From contig JBAZSC010000003.1 in the NCBI GenBank assembly GCA_041662665.1, forward strand, positions 143,115-207,114: a stretch of DNA of 64,000 nt. The letters run 5' to 3'. Source of the DNA: Patescibacteria group bacterium (GTDB taxonomy: Bacteria; Patescibacteriota; JABMPQ01; JAQVVF01). The notes under the pieces were generated by a model. The model did no database searches. It had not been told where the DNA came from and worked only from the letters and a program-made list of their open reading frames with translations. A program made the translations under genes and the position numbers. Of the stretch, positions 28,510-37,494 are shown piece by piece; position 1 is the first letter of the stretch, and each line of letters opens with the position of its first letter.

Positions 28510-28962
28510 ATGAAAAAAACGTGGATTATTATGGTGGTGTTATTAATTGTGGTAGGTGGCGGATCATTTTATGGCGGTATGAAATATGGACAAGGAAAGA
28601 AAACAAATTTGAGTGGAAGCGCAAAACAAGGTTTCCAGAACATGACTGATGAACAAAGACAGCAAAGAGCGCAAAATGGCGGATTAGGAAGAATGGGCAA
28701 TGGTAACGGTGGACTTGCAAATGGTGAAATTATTTCTAAAGATGATAAAAGTGTAACAATCAAATTGCGCGATGGCGGATCAAAAATTATTCTTTTTTCT
28801 GATTCTACAAAAGTTACCAAAAATGCAGAAGGAACAAAAAATGATTTGAAAGTTGGGGAAAATTTAATGGTGAGTGGAGATTCTAATTCTGATGGCAGTG
28901 TAACTGCAAAAACGATTCAGCTGATGCCTGCAGTTTTGGATAATGCACCAAAGACTAACTAA
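28510..28962 (+). CDS. Membrane-anchored small beta-barrel protein (DUF5666-like) accompanying the efflux operon
   Basis: GGSFYGGMKY; GEIISKDDKSVTIKLRDGGSKII; DGSVTAKTIQ. Confidence 0.65.
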   Translation: MKKTWIIMVVLLIVVGGGSFYGGMKYGQGKKTNLSGSAKQGFQNMTDEQRQQRAQNGGLGRMGNGNGGLANGEIISKDDKSVTIKLRDGGSKIILFSDSTKVTKNAEGTKNDLKVGENLMVSGDSNSDGSVTAKTIQLMPAVLDNAPKTN

Positions 28963-28973
28963 AAATATATTAA

Positions 28974-29004
28974 AAAACAGCCTCAAAATTTTTAGGCTGT
29001 TTTT
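28974..29004 (+). terminator. Intrinsic terminator (AACAGCC/GGCTGTT family)
   Basis: AAAAACAGCCT...AGGCTGTTTTT; similar stems at about 29968, 35660 and 36310. Confidence 0.7.
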
Positions 29005-29063
29005 GTTTTGCTGAATTTAATTATATGCTATACTGATTTAATTTAGAAAATTAATATTATATT

Positions 29064-29879
29064 ATGACTGAAGTTTATAATGTAGCGAAAATGGAAGGAA
29101 TCAACAACTTGAAGAAGAAAATGCCAATTCTTGTTTTGGCAGCAGTTGTTGTACTTTTATTGCTTGATGGTGTAGGAACAATTGGAGCAGGTGAGCGAGG
29201 AATTTTGTTGCAATTTGGAGCAGTAAAAGACAATGTTTTTGGCGAAGGTCTTTATTTTAAGATTCCTTTAGTTCAAAAAGTAGTAAAAATGGATGTAAAG
29301 ATTAAAAAAGACGAAGTTCCAGCAAGCGCATCTTCAAAAGATTTGCAAGTTGTAACATCTAAAATTGCAATTAATTATCATTTAGATCCTGATGCAGTTA
29401 ATAAAATTTGGAAAGAAGTTGGCACAGATTATAATGATCGAATAATTGCTCCAGCAATCCAAGAAGCAGTAAAAGCAACAACTGCAAAATTTACAGCTGA
29501 AGAATTAATTATCAAAAGACAAGTTGTTAAAGAGCAAATAAAAGAAAATTTAGCAAAAAGATTAGTAAAAAATTATATAACAGTTGATGAATTGAATATT
29601 GTTGCTTTTGATTTTTCAGAAGCATTTAATAGCGCAATTGAAGCAAAAGTAACAGCAGAACAATTAAAATTAAAAGCAGAACGAGATTTGCAAAGAATTA
29701 AAATTGAAGCTGATCAGAAAATTGCAGAAGCAGAAGGAAAGTCTAAAGCGATCAGAACAGAAGCACAGGCATTGAGTGAAAATGCAAAAGTTGTAGAACT
29801 TCGATGGATTGAAAAATGGGATGGAAAAACTCCAACATATTGGGGTGGAGCAACTCCTTTTATTGGATTAGAAAAGTAA
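29064..29879 (+). CDS. SPFH/prohibitin family protein
   Basis: GERGILLQFG, EGLYFKIP, SKDLQ, AIEAKVTAEQ, IEKWDG. Confidence 0.93.
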   Translation: MTEVYNVAKMEGINNLKKKMPILVLAAVVVLLLLDGVGTIGAGERGILLQFGAVKDNVFGEGLYFKIPLVQKVVKMDVKIKKDEVPASASSKDLQVVTSKIAINYHLDPDAVNKIWKEVGTDYNDRIIAPAIQEAVKATTAKFTAEELIIKRQVVKEQIKENLAKRLVKNYITVDELNIVAFDFSEAFNSAIEAKVTAEQLKLKAERDLQRIKIEADQKIAEAEGKSKAIRTEAQALSENAKVVELRWIEKWDGKTPTYWGGATPFIGLEK

Positions 29880-29888
29880 ATTGAATAA

Positions 29889-29967
29889 TCTGCCTTCGTC
29901 CCTCGCTTTGCGAAGATGAGGGACTTCCTCCTTCGCTACGTTACGGAGGACAAGTCGGCGGACAAAG
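29889..29967 (+). repeat. Palindromic element A copy 7 with copy 8 (29926-29954) nested inside
   Basis: TCTGCC TTC GTCCCTC..GAGGGAC T [TCCTCC TTC GCTACGT TAC GGAGGA CAAG] TC GGCGGA CAAAG. Confidence 0.85.
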
Positions 29968-30010
29968 AAAAACAGCCTTGAAATTCAGGGCTGTTTTATT
30001 TTGAAAAACA

Positions 30011-30080
30011 TTGACAGATATTTGTTTAAATTGTATTCTTTGTGGTTGGCGTATTTCCCTGGCAAAGGAGGGAGAAGGAA
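30011..30080 (+). promoter_or_regulatory. Promoter, motif and SD of orphan cassette 5
   Basis: TTGACA-17-TATTCT; TTCCCTGGCAAA; AGGAGGGAGAAGG. Confidence 0.6.
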
Positions 30081-30521
30081 ATGGCAGACAAAAAAGATAC
30101 AGGATTTTGTGTGAAAACTTTAGGAGAAGGTAATGATAAAGTATCTTTTATTGCTTGCAGCACTTGTGGTGAGAAAATGTTCGGCGTTCTTTGTGATCAA
30201 TGTGTCGGAAATCATGTTTATTTTATTGGTCATAGTCCAAATTGCACATCTGAATTTGCAAAAGTTGCATCAAAACATGAAGGGCATGCAATTCGGGGGG
30301 AAAAGTCAGAATTAAATGAAATTTGTGTTGATGTAGTAACTAAGGACGGTATTAAGGATTATGTTGTTAAATGTAGAATTTGTGATCAACAGCTTATAGT
30401 TTTTCATTGTGAAAGATGTGATGAAAGAATAATTCATGGACATACTGCTGATTGTGATAGCGAGTCAGCACAGGTTCTAAGAAGACACGATGGTCATCCA
30501 TGTCATGAAGTTACTGGTTAA
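30081..30521 (+). CDS. Orphan protein with two tandem Cys/His (putative zinc) domains
   Basis: Start moved to the ATG after the SD; two copies of CxxC-x8-CxxC...GH-x3-C-x4-A...H-x-GH. Confidence 0.8.
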   Translation: MADKKDTGFCVKTLGEGNDKVSFIACSTCGEKMFGVLCDQCVGNHVYFIGHSPNCTSEFAKVASKHEGHAIRGEKSELNEICVDVVTKDGIKDYVVKCRICDQQLIVFHCERCDERIIHGHTADCDSESAQVLRRHDGHPCHEVTG

Positions 30522-30538
30522 CTGATTGTACTTTTTTT

Positions 30539-30561
30539 AAACACCTTTTGGTGTTTTTTTT
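30539..30561. terminator. Terminator of cassette 5
   Basis: AAACACC-TTTT-GGTGTTTTTTT; near-identical to 37339-37360. Confidence 0.7.
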
Positions 30562-31759
30562 ATTTCGTAATAACTCTTTTGAATACTGGAACAGCAATTG
30601 TCAAAGTAACAGCACCAAAAATAAGTAGAATTAAAAGTTCATTTCTGACATCAACAAAGCTTGCTCCCAAGACCATGACTTTGCGTAAAGCATTGATGGC
30701 ATAAGTTAGCGGAATAACTTTGGAAATATCTTGCATGATTTGTGGCATCATTAAAATAGGAAAAAAAACTCCTGATAAGAATAACATTGGAAATTGGAAC
30801 ATGAATAATAGTTGGGTTGCTGTTTCTTGTTCTGAAGCCATAGCAGATACTAAGATACCCAAGCCGACAAATGAAAAAATACCTAAAAGTAAAATTAGTA
30901 AAATTAATAAAAGGTTGCCGTGAATTGTTACGCCAAAAAGAATGACTGCTAAAAGTAAAACAATCGCGCCTTGAATTAAGCCTCTGATCGATTGAGCAGT
31001 TGCCTTGCCTAAAATAATAGCTAGTCGATTGATTGGCGAAATTAAAATACCATCTAGTGTTCCATCTTCTTTTTCTTTAGAAATTGCAGCAGCAAGACCA
31101 GTCAAAACTGCAGTCATAACAATCATAGCCATGATGCCAGGAGCAACAAATTCAAAATAGTTTGGATTGCCTGGAATAATACCTTGAATTGTTGATTTGA
31201 TTGGTTGCATCATTGCAGTGGCTTGTTCTATTGAGCCTGGTTGATTTTCTGGTGATGTAATAATAACTAAAAATTTGGCAGTTTTTTGGATGCCAATTTG
31301 TTGTCCTAATCCAGAGGCCATATTAGATAATATTTGATCAACAACTGCACTGATTTGTGGATTGGATTGGTCTTCAACAATTATTACTTCTGGCTGTTTG
31401 TTGCCATTAATTTGGGAAGTAAAATCTTTTGGAATAAATATTCCACCACTGATTGTTTGTTTTTTAATGCCATTTTTTATTGCATCAATACTATCAAAAG
31501 TTGATGTTTTAAATGCTGATTGATTGTCTTGTTTTAAATCCGTGATCATGGTTACTAATTGGTTTCCGTATTGCTGGTTGTCTAAATTTGCGATGCCAAT
31601 TGGAATATTTTTTAGAGTATTTTGATTAGGAAAAATAAATCCAGTCAAAATCATCATAAAAATAGGCATAATAATGAATGTGGCTAAACGGAGTTTGTCT
31701 CTAGAAAATTCAATTAAATCTTTTTTTGCGATGTGAAATATATCTTTGATTGTTTGCAT
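30560..31759 (-). CDS. ABC-2 type permease
   Basis: NYFEFVAPG, EKEDGTLDGILISP, FLSGVFFP, PLTYAINALR. Confidence 0.92.
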   Translation of the reverse strand: MQTIKDIFHIAKKDLIEFSRDKLRLATFIIMPIFMMILTGFIFPNQNTLKNIPIGIANLDNQQYGNQLVTMITDLKQDNQSAFKTSTFDSIDAIKNGIKKQTISGGIFIPKDFTSQINGNKQPEVIIVEDQSNPQISAVVDQILSNMASGLGQQIGIQKTAKFLVIITSPENQPGSIEQATAMMQPIKSTIQGIIPGNPNYFEFVAPGIMAMIVMTAVLTGLAAAISKEKEDGTLDGILISPINRLAIILGKATAQSIRGLIQGAIVLLLAVILFGVTIHGNLLLILLILLLGIFSFVGLGILVSAMASEQETATQLLFMFQFPMLFLSGVFFPILMMPQIMQDISKVIPLTYAINALRKVMVLGASFVDVRNELLILLIFGAVTLTIAVPVFKRVITK

Positions 31760-31768
31760 AATTTTAAT

Positions 31769-32686
31769 TTAATGTTGAAATTTTTTCTGCGTTTTCTGCG
31801 TAAGATTCTGCGTTTTTCTGCGATTTATTTTTTTTACGCAGAATGACGCGGAACTAACGCAGAATGTGCAGAATTTATCTGACCCTTTGTTTATTCTCGC
31901 CAAAACGATGCATGTCTGAAGCAGGGATTTTTTTCCAGCATTATCTCTAATTTCAGTACCTGTTACTTTCAAAAAAACATCTTGAAGAGTTGGATTTTCT
32001 TTATTGGTTACTAATTTTTTTAAATTTTCTGAATTATCTAAAGCAACAATTTTTCCATGATCAACAATTGCAATTCTATTTGATAAAATATCAGCTTCTA
32101 ACATGTCATGTGTTGTAAGCAAAATAGTAATTCCTTTTTTATTTAATTCTTGAATAAATTCTCTAATTAAATTGGATGTTTGTGGATCAAGCCCAAGAGT
32201 TGGTTCATCAAGAAAGAGAATATTTGGTTCAGTTAATAAGGCGCGAACAATATTGATTCTTTGTTTCATGCCAGTTGAATATGTTCCAACTTGAGAATCA
32301 AGCCAATCAGTCATGTGCAATCGATCAACCCATTTTTTTGTTCGATCTGTAATTTGTTGTTTTGAGAGATGAAAAAGTTGGCCGAAGAATCTTAGATTTT
32401 CTCGAGCAGTTAATCGATCATAAAGAATAATTTTTTCTGCGACTAAGCCGATTTGTTTTCTAATGTCATCTGGATCTTTTTTTAAATCAAAACCAGCTAT
32501 TTTAATTTCACCTTCTGTTGGCTGTAAAAGTGTGGTTAAAATTCTGATTGTTGTTGACTTGCCAGCACCATTTGGGCCAAGAAATCCAAAGATTTCACCT
32601 TTTTTAATTTCAAAGCTAATATTGTCAACTGCAATAAATTTTTTAAATTTTTTTGTTAAATTTTTTACTTCAATAATATTTTCCAT
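31769..32686 (-). CDS. ABC ATP-binding protein (DrrA-like); 3' end probably frameshifted
   Basis: GPNGAGKST, YSTGMKQR, LDEPTLGLDP; tail reads through a repeat tract. Confidence 0.92.
   Translation of the reverse strand: MENIIEVKNLTKKFKKFIAVDNISFEIKKGEIFGFLGPNGAGKSTTIRILTTLLQPTEGEIKIAGFDLKKDPDDIRKQIGLVAEKIILYDRLTARENLRFFGQLFHLSKQQITDRTKKWVDRLHMTDWLDSQVGTYSTGMKQRINIVRALLTEPNILFLDEPTLGLDPQTSNLIREFIQELNKKGITILLTTHDMLEADILSNRIAIVDHGKIVALDNSENLKKLVTNKENPTLQDVFLKVTGTEIRDNAGKKSLLQTCIVLARINKGSDKFCTFCVSSASFCVKKINRRKTQNLTQKTQKKFQH
31785..31873. repeat. ACGCAGA/TCTGCGT inverted array (family C)
   Basis: 4 x TTCTGCG then 4 x CGCAGA/CGCGGA/TGCAGA; related at 15473, 32760, 34783, 37388, 41096, 41912. Confidence 0.8.
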
Positions 32687-32824
32687 AATTGTAATTGTTA
32701 TTTTTTGTTACTAAAATTGTTTATTTGTAGATTTTCGTTTTATTTATATAATCATTCAAGCGGATTTAAACGGATTAAACGCGGATAAAACGGATGGCTG
32801 ATGTTGTTTTGCGGTTTAATTTAA

Positions 32825-33379
32825 TTATAAAAGATGTCCTAGCAAAATTTTCAAGCCAATACCTATCAAAACAAGTCCACCAATGATTTCAGCTTTTTTG
32901 CCCCATTTTTCGCCGCTTTTTTTGCCAATGTAAATAGAAATCAATGATAATGTGAATGTTGTGATGCCAATAATTGAGACTGATAGCCAAATATTAACAG
33001 GCAGCAAAGCAATTGTTACGCCAATTATTAGAGCATCAATACTAGTTGCAATTGATTGAGTTAATAATATTTTAAGGCTATGAATATCAATTTTTTTCTC
33101 TTCTTCTTTTTTGAAAGATTCAATCAACATTCTGACTCCCAAAATAGTCAGAAGAATAAAAGCAATCCAATGATCAATGCCGGAAATAAATTGCACAAGA
33201 CCAATACCAAGAATATAGCCAATTAATGGCATTAAAAATTGAAAAAAACCAAAAAAGAAAGCTATTCTTAGAGCTTTTTTTGCTCCCATTTGGTGATGAT
33301 GTGCGCCATTTGCAGCTGCAACAGCCATAGCATCAAATGATAGGGCAATAGCAATAAAAAAGATATTTATAAGTGACAT
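32825..33379 (-). CDS. mntP: Manganese efflux pump MntP
   Basis: IALSFDAMAV, FFQFLMPLIG, IDHWIAF, ATSIDAL, AEIIGGLVLIGIG. Confidence 0.9.
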   Translation of the reverse strand: MSLINIFFIAIALSFDAMAVAAANGAHHHQMGAKKALRIAFFFGFFQFLMPLIGYILGIGLVQFISGIDHWIAFILLTILGVRMLIESFKKEEEKKIDIHSLKILLTQSIATSIDALIIGVTIALLPVNIWLSVSIIGITTFTLSLISIYIGKKSGEKWGKKAEIIGGLVLIGIGLKILLGHLL

Positions 33380-33488
33380 ATTATTATAATAATACACTTG
33401 TTAATGATTGAAAAGAATTTAATAAATAGTTGAAGTTATTCTTATAATGGTGTATACTGTAAAAGTTACTTAATAATTTAAATTAAAT

Positions 33489-34775
33489 ATGATAGAAATA
33501 TTAAGAAATTTATGGAGGCGAAAATTTAGAACTTTATTAACTATTTTTGGTATTGCAATTGGTATTTTTGCATTTACAGTAATGGGATCGATGGCTCTGA
33601 AATTAAATAAAATGATTGATGGAGGAAAAAAATATGTGACTGGTCAAATTACAATTGCTCCAAAAGGCACTGATTTTATGATGGGACAAATGGGAGCAAT
33701 GTTGCCGGTTAATACACTAAACAAAATTGCAAAGGTTGAAGGTGTTGAAGCAGTGACTGGCGGAATTGAATTGTCATTAGATGAGCCGAATCCTGATGAT
33801 CCAGCATCAATGAGTTTTGGCATGCCAGCAACAATTGAAGGCATGGATTTGAAAACCAAATTTAAAAACAGAAATTGGGAAAATATGGAAATGAAAGAAG
33901 GCAGAATGATTAAAGAAGGCGATCCTGATGATGTGATTGCAATTGGGGAAACAATAGCTTTAGATAAGAAATGGAAATTAGATGACAAGGTAAAAATTCG
34001 TGGCAAAGAGTTTAAGGTAATTGGTATTTTGGATAAAACAATGACTGGACCTGATTCGTATGTTTTTATGCCTTTAAACTCTGCTCGAGATTTGTATGTA
34101 GAGTCAAATCCATTTTTGAAGTCATTAAAAGAACAACAAGCTCAGGCTGCAAATATTTCTACTAGAGAATTAGCTAGTTTACCAAAAGCAACTAGAGATC
34201 AAATTATGCAAGCAAAAGCTTTTAAAATGGAAGATTTATCCACTATGGGATCAATATCTTGGAAAGACGGAGCAGATTCTGAAGTTGTAGCGAATAAGAT
34301 CAAAGAAAAATTTAAAGATGAAGTTATAGTATTATCCCCAAAAAAAATGGGAGAAGAAATTGATAAAGCTTCGGCAATGATGAATGCTGTTATTTTAGGT
34401 GGCGCATTATTAGCTTTGTTAGTTGGAAGTTTTTCTGTTATCAATACGATGATTATGTCGATTTCTGAAAGAACAAGAGAAATTGGTATTAAAAAATCTT
34501 TGGGTGCATCAAATAAATCGATTGCTTTGGAATATGCTTTAGAAGCTGGTGTAATTGGAACTTTGGGCGGCATATTGGGTATCAGTATTGGTGTTTTATT
34601 GATTGTAATATTTAATAATAAAATGGCAGAAACTGGTGCTGAAGTATTTTTGTTAGATATTAAGTTTTTGTTTGAAGTTTTATTATTTTCATTTATATTA
34701 GGAATCGTAGCTGGTATTTTGCCAGCAATTAAGGCAGCAAAGATGAAAGTAATACAGGCGATTAGAGAGATGTAA
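33489..34775 (+). CDS. MacB/FtsX-family ABC permease
   Basis: RRKFRTLLTIFGIAIG, SERTREIGIKKSLGA, PAIKAAKM. Confidence 0.92.
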   Translation: MIEILRNLWRRKFRTLLTIFGIAIGIFAFTVMGSMALKLNKMIDGGKKYVTGQITIAPKGTDFMMGQMGAMLPVNTLNKIAKVEGVEAVTGGIELSLDEPNPDDPASMSFGMPATIEGMDLKTKFKNRNWENMEMKEGRMIKEGDPDDVIAIGETIALDKKWKLDDKVKIRGKEFKVIGILDKTMTGPDSYVFMPLNSARDLYVESNPFLKSLKEQQAQAANISTRELASLPKATRDQIMQAKAFKMEDLSTMGSISWKDGADSEVVANKIKEKFKDEVIVLSPKKMGEEIDKASAMMNAVILGGALLALLVGSFSVINTMIMSISERTREIGIKKSLGASNKSIALEYALEAGVIGTLGGILGISIGVLLIVIFNNKMAETGAEVFLLDIKFLFEVLLFSFILGIVAGILPAIKAAKMKVIQAIREM

Positions 34776-34782
34776 TTTATTT

Positions 34783-34866
34783 TACGCAGAACAACGCAGA
34801 AGCTGACGCAGAAGACGCAGAAAAGTTTCCGCATTTTCTGCGTTGGATTCTGCGTATGTCTGCGTT
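34783..34866. repeat. ACGCAGA x4 then TCTGCG x4 inverted array (family C)
   Basis: Read directly between permease and ATPase genes. Confidence 0.8.
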
Positions 34867-34942
34867 AAAAACAATTAGATATTAATAAAACTTAATTATC
34901 TTAATCTTTATAAATTAGTCAAGTGAAATTAAATTATAAATT

Positions 34943-35623
34943 ATGAAAAATGTTATTGAAGCTAAGGGTTTGAAAAAAATATATAAAATGTCAAAGACAA
35001 ATATTGTTCATGCTTTGAATGGTGTTGATTTGAATGTGGAAGAAGGCGAATTTACTGCAATTATTGGACCTTCTGGATCCGGAAAATCAACTTTGATGCA
35101 TATCTTTGGTTTGTTAGACAAGCCAGATGAAGGAACTTTAATCATTGATGGAGTTGATATGAGTAATTTAAAAGACAAAGAAGCTTATAAATTGCGTGCA
35201 AAAAAAATTGGTTTTGTTTTTCAAGGATTTAATTTGATTCCGGCATTGTCAGCTTTGGAAAATATTATGTTGGCTGGAAAATATGGAGGAATGAAAATGA
35301 CTGAAAGAAAAGCCAGAGCAATTGAATTATTAAAAATGGTTGGACTAGAATCAAGAATGAATCACAAGCCAAATGAATTGTCTGGCGGACAACAGCAAAG
35401 AGTAGCAATTGCTCGAGCTTTGATGAACAAGCCAGCAATTATTCTAGCTGATGAGCCAACTGGAGAATTGGATACAAAAACATCTTTAGAAATTATTGAA
35501 TTGATGAAAAAATTAAATAAAGAAGATAATCAAACATTTTTGTTGGTTACACATAACATGGAAGTGGCGAAAGATTGTAGAAAAATTGTAGAGATGAGAG
35601 ATGGGCAAAAAATAACAAAATAA
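34943..35623 (+). CDS. ABC ATP-binding protein (LolD-like)
   Basis: [26 protein letters not shown]. Confidence 0.95.
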   Translation: MKNVIEAKGLKKIYKMSKTNIVHALNGVDLNVEEGEFTAIIGPSGSGKSTLMHIFGLLDKPDEGTLIIDGVDMSNLKDKEAYKLRAKKIGFVFQGFNLIPALSALENIMLAGKYGGMKMTERKARAIELLKMVGLESRMNHKPNELSGGQQQRVAIARALMNKPAIILADEPTGELDTKTSLEIIELMKKLNKEDNQTFLLVTHNMEVAKDCRKIVEMRDGQKITK

Positions 35624-35700
35624 CTAAATTATAAATAACAAAATTTCAATTAAAAATTTAAAACGGCCTTAAATGGCTGTTTTTGTTTTTAAGTAAAAAC

Positions 35701-35726
35701 TTGATATCACAAATTGTGATTTCCAA
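35701..35726. promoter_or_regulatory. Candidate operator palindrome upstream of the ORF6N gene
   Basis: TTGATATCACAA-A-TTGTGATTTCCAA matches the intragenic palindrome at 35972-36002. Confidence 0.55.
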
Positions 35727-35773
35727 AAATAACACTTTTTGAAGTTATTTTTTGAGTATGTTAAATTAATAAT

Positions 35774-36298
35774 ATGAAAAAGTATTTCATAATGCCAAGT
35801 GAAAAGATAGTCAGTAAAATATATATTATACGCAATAAAAAAGTGATGCTTGATCGTGATTTGGCATTGCTTTATGGCGTGACGACAAAGGTACTAAATC
35901 AAGCTGTTAGACGAAATATTAAACGGTTTCCAGCTGATTTTATGTTTAGATTGGAAAAACTGGAATTTGAAAATTGGAAGTCACAAATTGTGACTTCCAA
36001 TTCTGATAAAATGGGATTAAGAAAATTACCTTTTGCTTTTACTGAACAAGGTGTGGCAATGTTAGCAAGTGTTTTAAAAAGTGATCGAGCAATTCAGGTA
36101 AATATTCAAATTGTTAGAACTTTTATTAAATTGAGAGAACTATTGGCAACAAATGAAGAATTGCAATCTAAGTTAATGAGATTAGAACAGCGTTATGATA
36201 AAAAATTAAAAGAAGTTTTTAATATATTAAGATTATTATTGACAGAAAAAGAAAAACCAAAAGATGAATTGGGGTTTAAATATAAAAGAATAAAATAA
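35774..36298 (+). CDS. ORF6N domain DNA-binding protein
   Basis: IRNKKVMLDRDLALLYGV, NQAVRRNIKRFPADFMF, PFAFTEQGVAML. Confidence 0.93.
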   Translation: MKKYFIMPSEKIVSKIYIIRNKKVMLDRDLALLYGVTTKVLNQAVRRNIKRFPADFMFRLEKLEFENWKSQIVTSNSDKMGLRKLPFAFTEQGVAMLASVLKSDRAIQVNIQIVRTFIKLRELLATNEELQSKLMRLEQRYDKKLKEVFNILRLLLTEKEKPKDELGFKYKRIK

Positions 36299-36394
36299 TA
36301 AAAATTATGAACAGCCTAATGGTTGTTTTTTTATATTCACTTGTTATACTTAAGTGTTAAAAATGTTCCTTCGACAAAAAGGGAGGGAGAGAAA

Positions 36395-37162
36395 ATGGAT
36401 ATACAACTGGCAATGACGATGTGGCGATTCCAGGACATTTTCGGAAGATTAAAGAAATGCATACGCTGGGGTGGATATAAGGAAAGGCATTATGAGCAGT
36501 CTTCTTTGGAGCATTCCTTTGCAATTGCACTTTTGACAGCATTTTGTGTAATGAAAGAAAAAGAATTAAAAGGACCAGCTGAAAATTTTGATCCTTTTAG
36601 AATGGTTGTTCATGCATTAGTTCATGATTTTTGTGAAGGAGCGATTGGTGATATTACTTATCGATTCAAAAATGATCCAAGACTTCTATATCTGGTTAAG
36701 TTAATTGAAAAAGAAGAAGGTTTGCGGTCAACAAGACATATATCTTTCATAGGTCCTTTTTTAGCTGAGGCTATTATCTTGGAGCCAGGCAGTCTTGAAG
36801 AAAAATTTTTCGATGCAATGGAAAGATTAGATTATTTTTTTTATGCGCTGGCTGAATATGAAATTCATAAACATTTGGATTTTGTAGCTGTCTTTGATCG
36901 ACAACACGCAAAATTAGTTGAATATGCAAGTGTATTTCCATCAGTTGCTATGATATATAGTCAAGAAGTCCAAGAATATGTTGAAAAGGAAATGAAAACT
37001 AATTGGGGTTTGATTGGTTTGGGTGGAGAGCTTAGACCTCATAAACCATGTCAAAAAGATGTTGAAGATTTGGAAGAAGCGCTGAAGCAATTATTGGCGC
37101 AACTTGCCAAGCAGAGGGAAGCCTCTGGAGAGAAAGGAGGAACAGATGCCAGCACTGTCTGA
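36395..37162 (+). CDS. HD-domain phosphohydrolase, YfbR (5'-deoxynucleotidase)-like (cassette 6)
   Basis: RW, LEHS, HDFCEGAIGD motifs; extended -10 TGtTATACT, GTTCCTTCGACAAA and SD GGGAGGGAG before ATG 36395. Confidence 0.8.
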   Translation: MDIQLAMTMWRFQDIFGRLKKCIRWGGYKERHYEQSSLEHSFAIALLTAFCVMKEKELKGPAENFDPFRMVVHALVHDFCEGAIGDITYRFKNDPRLLYLVKLIEKEEGLRSTRHISFIGPFLAEAIILEPGSLEEKFFDAMERLDYFFYALAEYEIHKHLDFVAVFDRQHAKLVEYASVFPSVAMIYSQEVQEYVEKEMKTNWGLIGLGGELRPHKPCQKDVEDLEEALKQLLAQLAKQREASGEKGGTDASTV

Positions 37163-37340
37163 AAAAGAACAAGCAAGGATGAAAGCAGAAAAGCAAGAAG
37201 TTTGTACTGAATGTGGGGTACCAACTCATAGGAATTATTGTCGCAGTTGTGATGAATATTTTGAAGATGGTCATACATTAGTTTGTAATGATATGATGGC
37301 ACAAGACGCAAGACGTCATTCAGAATGTCGTACCCATTAA
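37146..37340 (+). CDS. Small Cys/His protein homologous to the 30081 domain
   Basis: AAAGGAGG SD; ungapped match to the second repeat of the 30081 protein. Confidence 0.8.
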   Translation: MPALSEKEQARMKAEKQEVCTECGVPTHRNYCRSCDEYFEDGHTLVCNDMMAQDARRHSECRTH

Positions 37341-37360
37341 CACCTTTTTGGTGTTTTTTT
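37339..37360 (+). terminator. Terminator of cassette 6
   Basis: AACACC-TTTTT-GGTGTTTTTTT. Confidence 0.7.
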
Positions 37361-37494
37361 ATTTTATGATATTATAAAGTGTTAACTTGCAGAACTACGC
37401 GGAAATTAAAAATTTTGAAATAAATTTTTAATCGCGGAAAACGCAGAATCTACTTATAAATTTTTTTTAAAATATTTGTAACTTAAAAATAAAT

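Noticed and set aside
33380-33488. yybP-ykoY manganese riboswitch upstream of mntP
   Set aside because: The region is short and nearly all A/T; no suitable stems seen.
34199-34834. 211-aa minus-strand ORF and similar antisense ORFs (e.g. 10638-11069, 33644-34006)
   Set aside because: Shadow frames of well-supported plus-strand genes with no motifs or start signals.
35774-37340. Prophage remnant (ORF6N plus HD gene)
   Set aside because: No integrase, structural or replication genes, and a terminator-like hairpin separates the two loci.
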